64,000 bases of DNA from a virus. Taxonomy: Duplodnaviria > Caudoviricetes. Of this stretch, positions 56,275-64,000 are shown piece by piece. Position numbers and translations under genes: made by a program. The stretch lies in IMG/VR virus record IMGVR_UViG_3300043676_000014, positions 30,147 to 94,146 of that record. The stretch is one strand, 5' to 3'. Numbering within the stretch: the stretch's first letter is position 1; the number at the start of each line of letters is the position of its first letter. The notes under the pieces are model-generated. The model was not told the origin of the DNA, ran no database searches, and saw nothing but the letters and a program-made list of their open reading frames with translations.

Positions 56275-57575
56275 GGCTGACGCCCCACGGCATCATGAAG
56301 CGCGACGATGGCGCGGTTTGCTCGGTCGGACTGCGGCACGTCGAAACGCAACGGGCCGACGCGTTCGCACTCATCCAAGAAGCGATTGATTACTATCGCA
56401 ACATCGACGTCCTGATAATTCTCCTCAAGATCTTCGATCTTGTCTACAAGTTCCGCGATCTCCGCGTCCTTGCGATCCACGACGGCATCATATTTGGACA
56501 GAAGTCCGGTCAGCCTGGAAATCTCGGCATGACAGACCGTGACGGTTTTCGGATAATCAACTTCAATATCTTCGAGTAGGTCGCTCATGCCGCCCTCCAA
56601 AAGTTCTTGTGCATCGATTGCCATTTCGGCGTCGGAGATTGATGACGTCTATTGCTGGTGCCGTAGCCGATCTTTTTGATAACCAGTTCGTGTGACGCCT
56701 TACGAAACGGTCGGCCCCAAGCGCGGTCGTCCGTTGGGGCCGGTAGTCCAGCATCCATCGCAGCGGCGGTGCATTCTTCGCTGATAAACGTCGAATGCTC
56801 AGCCGCGTATTTGCAGATCCAGTCGAACGCCATATCGGTCCATCGCGGACAGTTTTCATCGGCGTGAGTCGCGACGCTGTTCATGCCAGCATCGCGCTGA
56901 GCAAGGTCGTGCTCGATGAAATCGAACAAATCCATTACAGTCTGATCCCCGCTTTGATTTTGTCTTGCGCCTTGTTGCGCGACGTCAGGCTTGGCGCTTG
57001 GCCGTCCGGACGAACGGTAGTTACGGTGTTCATTGAAATTTCAAATCGCAGTCCTTCCGCGCGAACGCAGTTGGCGCCGAACGCAGCCGGAGACGCGCAG
57101 ATCGACGCGATATGTTCGCGCACGATGTCCACGTTTAGATTCATCGCGCGCTCGAGATAGCGGAGAACGGCGTGGTCCGAGATTCGAAGCGGTTCTTTGT
57201 TTGGGCTGAACATCAGTTCGACGCCTCCGCCATTTTCTTGCCGAGCGCGCTGCGGTGAAAACCGGGGTCACCAAAGAATGTCGCCGTTATCGATCGCTCC
57301 TCATTGCGACGACGTTCGGCTTCCTCGCGAACTTCATTCGGCACATAGAGGTTGCCGACCGTGTTTCCGAGGCCGAGCGACTTCCTGCCGAGACGCTTGC
57401 GCGTTGATTTGTACAGGTCCGGATCGTTGACGTAGCGAAGCCGTGCCTGCGCAGCCGCTCTTGTGCGTCCGACTTCACGAACGAAAGTTGCGTCATCGGC
57501 GCCATCCAGCATTAGCTTGGATGCCTTGATCGTGTCGGACTCTGTCCACGCATCGGCGCGTTTTCGGTAAGCCAT
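56271..57575 (-). CDS. Four small ORFs (56271-56624, 56585-56935, 56935-57213 SDHAVLRYLER family, 57213-57575)
   Basis: Coupled, co-oriented ORFs. Confidence 0.65.
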
Positions 57576-58159
57576 TATGCTGACGACTCCGTGTAGTAGC
57601 TCGTATCGCCAAGCTTGATGGCTTGCGTTGCGAAACGTTTTTTCTGATTGAGCGCGCGTCGCTCTCGCTCGATGTCGGATAATGAAAGACCTCGATAATA
57701 AAGTGCTCCTGCGTGGTGTACGCAGTAAGCAGTTCCGTTCGGCGTCGGATTCCCGCAAGCCAGATAGTCAGGCCCTGGCGGCTCTCCTGCGATATGCCGA
57801 CACTCGTTTGAGTGTGAGTTGCTGAATGGACGTAGGTCCGCAAACGGAATCTCCAGCGATCCCATGAACGGCGCTATCGCCACAATCGGAGTCGGCGGCT
57901 TGCTTGAGCCATGCTCCGCGCGACGCAACCGCTTTTTCTCGTTGATCTTGTTCATGCGATCCAACTTGCGCTGTTGTTTTTGTGCATCGTTCATTCGTGG
58001 AGCTCGCGGTTCGAGTCCTAGCCTCGCCACCTTCCCGCAAATCTTGTTGCGGCTGACGCCCCATTCCTTGCCGATCTGTCCCGATGAAAGACCGCGCGCC
58101 CAGCACTCCTTGAGTTGGGCAATTCGATCTTCGTTCCAATATTCTAGGTTGGGCGGCAT
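57575..58159 (-). CDS. gcrA: GcrA-family cell-cycle regulator
   Basis: W..+R+..LK..W..G.S..QI....GVSRN.+.GK..RL, and CR...G.P......CG.......YC..H. Confidence 0.9.
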   Translation of the reverse strand: MPPNLEYWNEDRIAQLKECWARGLSSGQIGKEWGVSRNKICGKVARLGLEPRAPRMNDAQKQQRKLDRMNKINEKKRLRRAEHGSSKPPTPIVAIAPFMGSLEIPFADLRPFSNSHSNECRHIAGEPPGPDYLACGNPTPNGTAYCVHHAGALYYRGLSLSDIERERRALNQKKRFATQAIKLGDTSYYTESSA

Positions 58160-58735
58160 CTACGCGATCCTGACTGCAATCGCAGCTTCGATATCTGCGA
58201 TCTCTGCGGCTAGGATCATGTCGCGAGCAATAAGTCGCTCCATTTTTCTGATCGCGTGGAGTCCAGTGGTATGATCGCGGTTTCCGAACCTCCGGCCGAT
58301 TTCAGGAAGCGATCTCAGCGTCAGCTTCTTCGCGAGATACATCGCCACCTGGCGCGGCTTGACGATTTCCTTTTTGCGGCATGGCGAAATGATATCGAGT
58401 CGGGTACATCCGTACTGCGATGCGCAGACGTACTGTATGTCTTCGATGCGCAACGGACGACTTGGCCTCATCAGCCGTTCAGCTTCCGCAGTAAGATCCT
58501 CGAACCACATTCGATAAACTGGGGGCCGCTCTCGTTTTACGACTGGCTGAAGCGGTTGAATCTTCGGCACGCCATACGGCGTATTAGGAATGCTGAAACC
58601 GACTGGCGCTCGCGGCACATCCGGGCGTCCGTTTGCAGCTATGCGAGCGCGGCGCGTTTGGTGCGCCAATGCGGCTAATTTTTCTGACGGTGTATATTTT
58701 GAATGCGGATCGTAGACGGCTGAAATTGCCTGCAT
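58160..58735 (-). CDS. DnaA C-terminal HTH-domain protein
   Basis: PRQVAMYL...[23 protein letters not shown], no AAA+ domain. Confidence 0.9.
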   Translation of the reverse strand: MQAISAVYDPHSKYTPSEKLAALAHQTRRARIAANGRPDVPRAPVGFSIPNTPYGVPKIQPLQPVVKRERPPVYRMWFEDLTAEAERLMRPSRPLRIEDIQYVCASQYGCTRLDIISPCRKKEIVKPRQVAMYLAKKLTLRSLPEIGRRFGNRDHTTGLHAIRKMERLIARDMILAAEIADIEAAIAVRIA

Positions 58736-58823
58736 GGTCCACCTTTGATGTTTTGGATTTTCCCCACCGCGAATACTGTCTCGCGGGTAATTCCGAGGTA
58801 CGCTTACTTTTTACTTTTGGTTT

Positions 58824-59300
58824 TTAGTCTTGACTTGACGCGCGGATGCGCCGGCAATCACCCTGAAGTCTAACGATGTTGTCGCGCACGTCTTCTGCGG
58901 CTTCCTCGATGCGCAGCGCTTCGGCCGGGGTTACCTTTCCGTCCGCGACCGCCTCGCACATTTCAGAAATCAACTCGCCGCTTTCCTTGCCCACGGCGCC
59001 GATGTGACGCGCCATTCCTTCGACGGCTACGTTGTTGATTTCGTGCCGGTGCAGGTCGTAGCCGCGTAGTTCTGCCCATGCGCGCAGGATACGGTCGTCG
59101 CCCGCGAGCGCGTCCAGATCCATCGCAACGTCGATGGGCAAAAACTCATGCTCGTTTGGATTGCCGCACTTGCTCAACCGGCTGGCGTCGAGACGCGTCC
59201 GCTTCGCGACGTCGGCGAGCGTTCCAGCCTCCGCAGTTGCGCGGCGCGTTGCTGCTTTGAGCGCGAGATAATCGTAGCTGCGATAAGGACGGTCGTTCAC
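58824..59300 (-). CDS. CII-like phage regulatory protein
   Basis: LKAA.R...G...F.P+D, and KE.GE......A.ADG.+TP.E. Confidence 0.7.
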   Translation of the reverse strand: MNDRPYRSYDYLALKAATRRATAEAGTLADVAKRTRLDASRLSKCGNPNEHEFLPIDVAMDLDALAGDDRILRAWAELRGYDLHRHEINNVAVEGMARHIGAVGKESGELISEMCEAVADGKVTPAEALRIEEAAEDVRDNIVRLQGDCRRIRASSQD

Positions 59301-59364
59301 GCTATGAACCCCTTTGTGTTTTTATTGCGAGAAGACGGTGCAAGGCGCACCGTTTGACTATGAA

Positions 59365-61211
59365 CTACGCAGCACTCACGGAATCTGTCGTGACGACAGC
59401 AGCACCTTTTGGGGCTGGAAGCGGCGAAACCACTGCCGTCACGTCCCCTCGCAGGGACTCTGAAACTGAACGCCTTAAGGAGAAAACATGGACCGCATTT
59501 TGATTGCGATTATCGTTATTGGATCGATCGGCGCCGTGCTCGCTGCGCTCGGTATTATTGGCGAGGTTCAGGGCAACCGCACCTCTATGCGCATGGTAGA
59601 GCGCACGAATTTCGATGATGATCGCACCAGCAACCCATGAGGCGATCATGGCATATGCAGCGTTCAGCGGGGTCATGCGCGCACTCCCGCTACCTTGAGT
59701 AGGGATTCGATGATGGAGCGCGTAGGCGCTCGCTCGAAAGCGGGAGGCAGAGGTCCGCGCAGGAATCGAGGTAGCGGATCGTCAAGATCGCGCGGATGAC
59801 CGTGGAGGATTTCATATTCGAGCGCGTCTAGATTAACGCACTCATCGACGTTGCGCTCAACTACCGGGCGCGGAGGTGACACCTTGAGAAGACTGCGGCG
59901 CGTTGCGTATGCCGAGAATGGTTCCGGAATGTACTCACCGGAAAAAACGGCGGGCGAAGAAACGACACGGTCGCCTGTGTCGCCCGCCGAAGTTTCGACG
60001 CCTGGCGTAGGAATAGGCAGGAGCCAGTGCGTCGATTCTGGAATTGGTGCGCCATGCGAGGCTCCCCGTGGCGCCGGGTATATGACCGCCCTCACTGCTA
60101 GAACATCGGCATTGCAGTCCTTTCCGATGGTCTCGACCTTCTTAGGTGCGCTCTTACCCGAGCCCGCGTCCACGTCAGATGCTCGGCTGTTTTCGCTTCC
60201 GCTCTCGCAAAGTGGGTTGGAGATTGGACCTAGTGCTGCGGTCGTTATTGATGCTTGGTCTTTCTTGCCCCGAGTACCAAGCGAACGGGTGAACGATCCC
60301 GCCGCGCGCACAGGAAACGCGGGCGGCCCTGCAAGCTCCGAATTAACTCCGGTTGCGGACACATCGAGGGGCGTCGGCGATACCGCAACCGGTTCCGCAA
60401 GCGAGGGTTTGACGCCTGCGGAATTGAAAATGATTCCGGCTACCGCATCGAAAACGACGGGGGCTGAAGTCGTCGATGCGATAGCCGTGTCCGTGTCACC
60501 AGTGATCACGGAGTCTGAAACCCATGGATTAAATGTTGCGAGGAGAGCGTTCATATCAACTGCTCCCCAAGAGAGTTGATGGCTAGAGTGGATGCGACGA
60601 TGAAAAACACCTGCAGCATTGAAAGACTCGGGGCGATCATCAGTATGGCGAGACCAATCGCGCCGCCGATGACAAGGTTTTTGATGAGGCGCGCGTTCAT
60701 GCATCCACCCGTTCAGATGCGACGCGGAGGATTTCATGAGCGAAGCTGATGTCGGTCTTGCGCTCAATCAGTGGTCGGAAGCGATGAGCCCCAAACGTGC
60801 ATTCCGTGGGTTCGTCATGATCGCGATAATATCGCGGGGCATTTATTATTTCTCCCAAAAGAAGGCCGATTGGATTGATGTCGCCGGACGGCCTGTCGAT
60901 TTCAATTCCTCGGACGGTGTAGATGTCGCCGACGACTGGATCGATTTCATCTCCATAGCCGCCAACCGGCTGCGAAATACAAACCACGCGCTGCCCAACA
61001 CGAAACATCAAAGCGCTCTCCCCTTGAACGCCAATATCCCGGCGCGCTTCCGTTGTTCATGCCTGCGACCGAGCAAAACCAGAACCAGCCCCGCTATGAA
61101 TGAGAGCGCAAACCAACCGCAGAGGATTTGGATGGCGAGGATCATGCGGATCGCTCCTGTGTTGGAACGGCACACGATGCAGCGCGGAATCGAAAATTTC
61201 GTCCGGCGCAA
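59365..61211 (-). CDS. Early-operon hypotheticals (59365-59676, 59673-60554 Pro/Ala/Ser-rich, 60551-60700 membrane, 60697-61011, 61008-~61150)
   Basis: ATGA-coupled chain downstream of cro. Confidence 0.55.
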
Positions 61212-61282
61212 AATTCTTGTGTACGATATCGTACAGTTGTGCGACGATGGTTCTTCGCCTTCAACGACGAGGGAGAGATCAC

Positions 61283-61534
61283 ATGGGCGCTACGAAGATG
61301 ATCGATATTCCGGGCATACCGGAATTTTTTATGACCGAAGTGGGAAGGACCGAGGGCGTCGGCGGCGATTGTGTCAGGATTTACAACTGCGTGGAGCGCG
61401 GCGGATTCCTGATCCCTCAATGCACCGTGATTATTCCGGCGATGAGCCTGATCGTTGCCGCGCGCTGCGTAACGGAAGCGGCACAGGAAGCTTTCAGACG
61501 AAAGGAGACCGAGAACCGAATTCTCCATCATTGA
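61283..61534 (+). CDS. Small counter-oriented protein converging on cro
   Basis: GAGGGAG RBS before ATG 61283. Confidence 0.55.
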   Translation: MGATKMIDIPGIPEFFMTEVGRTEGVGGDCVRIYNCVERGGFLIPQCTVIIPAMSLIVAARCVTEAAQEAFRRKETENRILHH

Positions 61535-61770
61535 GCAGCCTCCCCGAAAATCTTTTCGTGGTGCTCAACGAGATCGGGTCGAAGGTCTTTCGCCGGAATG
61601 CCGGTTTCTTCGGCGATTCCAATGAGCAATTCGGGCTCAATTTTCCGGATGCCCTTTTCCCAGCGGGCGATGGTCGTCTTGGAAACGCCGAGCTTCCGCG
61701 CGAGCTCTGCTTTGGTGAGCGGCGGCGTCTGGCTTTGCCGGTAGGCGCGAAGGGGATGTACGGCGTTCAT
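61528..61770 (-). CDS. cro: Cro-like XRE HTH
   Basis: L..AELA..LGVS..TI.RWE.G...LRPDL, divergent from CI. Confidence 0.88.
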   Translation of the reverse strand: MNAVHPLRAYRQSQTPPLTKAELARKLGVSKTTIARWEKGIRKIEPELLIGIAEETGIPAKDLRPDLVEHHEKIFGEAAQ

Positions 61771-61780
61771 GGAGCGATTG

Positions 61781-61873
61781 GTAACCGCTCCGGTCACAGC
61801 CCGTCAAGAGCAAAGTGACCGTGTCGGCCACTTTATTTCACAGCAGATGGGATAAGGTAACCACCATGGTTAC
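61781..61873. promoter_or_regulatory. OR-like operators (three 17-bp palindromes)
   Basis: GTAACCGCTCCGGTCAC 61781, GTGACCGTGTCGGCCAC 61815, GTAACCACCATGGTTAC 61857; TTGACG on minus at 61807. Confidence 0.85.
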
Positions 61874-62189
61874 CCGATCCAAACCGCAGACCGTCTACCT
61901 CCGGGAATGGCGCAAATTCATGGGCGTCAAGGCGCCGCCATGCGCCGAGGCCCTTGGGATCGACGAAAAGTCCTATTATCGCCTTGAGCGCGAGACGTTC
62001 CGGATCAGCATTCCGGAGCTGGCGATCCTGGCCGACGTGATCGGAGTCAAGATAAGTCAGCTATTCTGGCCCACTCCCAAGCCAGGCGACGACGCGGTAG
62101 TGAGCCTGGACGCCATTGCGGAGGGCGCTACCCCCGAGAAGCGACAGGCCGCCGTTTGGGCCGTCCGAGGGATTATGGGCGGCAAGTAG
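61866..62189 (+). CDS. cI: CI-like XRE repressor without a peptidase domain
   Basis: YLREWR...G......AE.LG+....Y.RLE, flanked by operators on both sides. Confidence 0.8.
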   Translation: MVTRSKPQTVYLREWRKFMGVKAPPCAEALGIDEKSYYRLERETFRISIPELAILADVIGVKISQLFWPTPKPGDDAVVSLDAIAEGATPEKRQAAVWAVRGIMGGK

Positions 62190-62256
62190 TATTACTCCTG
62201 GGCACGAATCGCCGGACCAGCCAGAAAGGGCGGGTTTTTCTGCGCCTTAAAATAAA

Positions 62257-62310
62257 GTGACCGCATCGGCCACTTCGCTATTGACCTAAAGTGACCGCTG
62301 CGGTTACAGT
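62257..62310 (+). promoter_or_regulatory. OL-like operators and PL-like promoter
   Basis: GTGACCGCATCGGCCAC 62257, GTGACCGCTGCGGTTAC 62291, TTGACC-18-TACAGT. Confidence 0.85.
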
Positions 62311-62372
62311 CCTCCCATCAGATCGCCCCCTCCCCATTAGCTGGACGGGGCGCGCGAAATGGGAGATGGCCG

Positions 62373-62828
62373 ATGTGGGATTTGACTTACGAGCAGGCGC
62401 TGGACAAGTCGAAGCATCTGATCGCACTCGGGCAAACGACCGTTTATCTGCGGGACGAAAATGTTCCTTGGATGGTCGCGAGCGACGTTGAGGCCAGCGG
62501 CTCGTATCGCTTCAACGGTCCGACCGGTTGCTACATCATCGCCAACGTCCAGGGTCTGACGTTCAAGTGGAGCGTGGACTTTGAACTCCGTGACGCAAAT
62601 GGCCGTGGGGTATCGCTGTTCGATCGCGATCGGCTCCGAGAGGTAGCGAGAAAGCTTCCCGCTCCCGCCCGCGAACAATTCGGCAAGCTGCTGCGCGACG
62701 AAGTCCTTCCCGACATGCAGAAGCGGACGCGCGAAATCCGCGAAGGACTCAATCAACAAGTCGATAGCGAGGATTGCGTTCGTGGCCTGATTGCTTTCGC
62801 TTTCGCGAAAGAGGCTGAGGCTGCCTGA
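62373..62828 (+). CDS. First gene of the PL-like operon, hypothetical
   Basis: GGGAG RBS downstream of the promoter. Confidence 0.7.
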   Translation: MWDLTYEQALDKSKHLIALGQTTVYLRDENVPWMVASDVEASGSYRFNGPTGCYIIANVQGLTFKWSVDFELRDANGRGVSLFDRDRLREVARKLPAPAREQFGKLLRDEVLPDMQKRTREIREGLNQQVDSEDCVRGLIAFAFAKEAEAA

Positions 62829-62989
62829 TGCACATCATCACCTCACACGATCACCCGCCAATTGAAGACCGATCGAAAGACTGGTCTGCATGGTTCGATG
62901 AACTCGGCGAAGACGCATCGCCAATCGGGCGAGGCGCTACGCAGCTAGAGGCGATTGCTGATCTTGTTGCAAATTACGAGGTGGCGTGA
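62828..62989 (+). CDS. Small hypothetical protein (53 aa)
   Basis: TGATG coupling, PPI..R..DW.A...G.G.T..EAI. Confidence 0.65.
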   Translation: MHIITSHDHPPIEDRSKDWSAWFDELGEDASPIGRGATQLEAIADLVANYEVA

Positions 62990-64000
62990 TGGCTGACCGT
63001 GCCCCTCTCGAAATCCGAATTCACGACGCCGGCATCGGCATTTGGCAGGACGATGCCCGAGACGCTTCGTTCCGATCTGACGTGTACGCGGCGCTAATCC
63101 GCAACATGCGCGCTCGAGGATGGTCCGTGAAGCACGACCCGCGAGTACGCCGACACCATCGCTGCATAAGTCCAAGCCATCGCTTGGGTGCGCGCGGGAC
63201 GCTTCGTTGCGCAATCGAAATCGCTGGTCGCGTGGTGAAAATTGAATTCTGGTCGACCGCGGCGCCCCAGAGCAATCGCAACGGAAGGCGCTACGACTTC
63301 GACAAGATACTCCGCATGAGCCACATCGACCGGCTCCGCGTCGAGTTGGAGTTTAAGCGTATCGCCCGATGGCTTGAAACGCTGGCGCCGATCAAGGTGT
63401 CGCGATCGGCTGAACGCGACATGCCTGCGATGCAGCGCATCGAAAAGAATTATGCCGAAAGTTGGCACACGGACAAGGCTCTAGGCCGACCGCACTGGAA
63501 CTACGACTACAATCGGGGATCCAAGGACGGCACTCTCCTGGAGCACGGCCAGACCGTGTGGTTCGCCGACAATAAGGGCCGAATCATCCGCGGCGCTGCC
63601 TACTACAACATCAACAATATGTGGTGGGTTATCGCTGGCGGAAAGCTGCACAACGAAGGCAGCCATTCGCTCTATGCCAAGCGGCCCACCGATCTCCGCA
63701 CCAAACAGAATGAGCGCGCTCGCCGAAGTCGCATCGAAAAGGAATTGTCTGTCGCCGTCGCGCGCATGGACTTCCAGCGGGCTCAGGTACTCAAGCACAT
63801 TCTATTCGGCAGCGAGCAAACATTCCTGATCTGGGCTCGTGACCACCAGGCTTATTACCGCTCACAATATTCCGGCTATACGACCGACCGCATCACCGCC
63901 GGAAAGTATACCCGTGCGGAAGCCGAGGCGGAATGCCGGCGCGTCCCCCATGAGCTTGAGATGGTTTGTCCCGATGGCAGCCACGTCGCCTTTGATCGGA
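62989..64000 (+). CDS. Partial hypothetical protein, runs off the window end
   Basis: GAGG RBS, open frame MADRAPLEIRIHDAG... to the end. Confidence 0.7.
   Translation, partial: MADRAPLEIRIHDAGIGIWQDDARDASFRSDVYAALIRNMRARGWSVKHDPRVRRHHRCISPSHRLGARGTLRCAIEIAGRVVKIEFWSTAAPQSNRNGRRYDFDKILRMSHIDRLRVELEFKRIARWLETLAPIKVSRSAERDMPAMQRIEKNYAESWHTDKALGRPHWNYDYNRGSKDGTLLEHGQTVWFADNKGRIIRGAAYYNINNMWWVIAGGKLHNEGSHSLYAKRPTDLRTKQNERARRSRIEKELSVAVARMDFQRAQVLKHILFGSEQTFLIWARDHQAYYRSQYSGYTTDRITAGKYTRAEAEAECRRVPHELEMVCPDGSHVAFDR

Larger units (their letters stand above)
1..64000. mobile_element. Temperate HK97-like phage/prophage of an alphaproteobacterium (partial)
   Basis: TerS/TerL/portal/protease-capsid, CI/Cro switch with operators, phage replication initiator and GcrA homologue. 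No host housekeeping operons seen. Confidence 0.93.

Noticed and set aside
55171-58735. Host chromosomal dnaA-dnaN locus
   Set aside because: The DnaA-like protein lacks the AAA+ domain, recF/gyrB are absent, and the context is a phage early operon.
60736-61818. 360-aa + strand ORF
   Set aside because: It overlaps cro and several better-supported small genes and has no recognisable domain.

Overview
This window is about 64 kb of a temperate, HK97-like dsDNA phage or prophage of an alphaproteobacterium (it encodes a GcrA homologue and a lambda-like CI/Cro switch). No integrase, tail tape measure or lysis genes are recognisable here. Left part (minus strand, 1-25.2 kb): TerS, TerL, a fused prohead protease-major capsid protein, portal, repeat/fibre-like proteins and head-tail connectors. 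A ~10 kb cluster of about a dozen glycosyl-, methyl- and acetyltransferases sits among these head genes. Right part (minus strand, 43.5-61.8 kb): HNH, replication initiator, DNA methyltransferase, beta clamp, GcrA, DnaA-C-like HTH, CII-like protein and Cro. These are followed by CI, five 17-bp operators and the start of the other early operon on the plus strand. An 18 kb accessory block lies between the packaging-type HNH gene and terS, and it holds the two most interesting systems. (1) A plus-strand array of 40 tiny ORFs (26.0-37.9 kb) punctuated by ~30 same-orientation copies of CCCC-N-TACG(G/A)CTGATT(CC/TT), 12 copies of a small covarying hairpin, and GANTC-containing ribosome-binding sites, with four HTH genes at its ends. 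(2) A convergent minus-strand module: HD hydrolase, pol-beta nucleotidyltransferase, HNH-like protein, three tandem Y-RNA-like genes (one a YrlA-type permuted tRNA mimic) and Ro60/TROVE. A frameshifted TnpB precedes this module. All calls come from reading motifs by eye; no database search was run.
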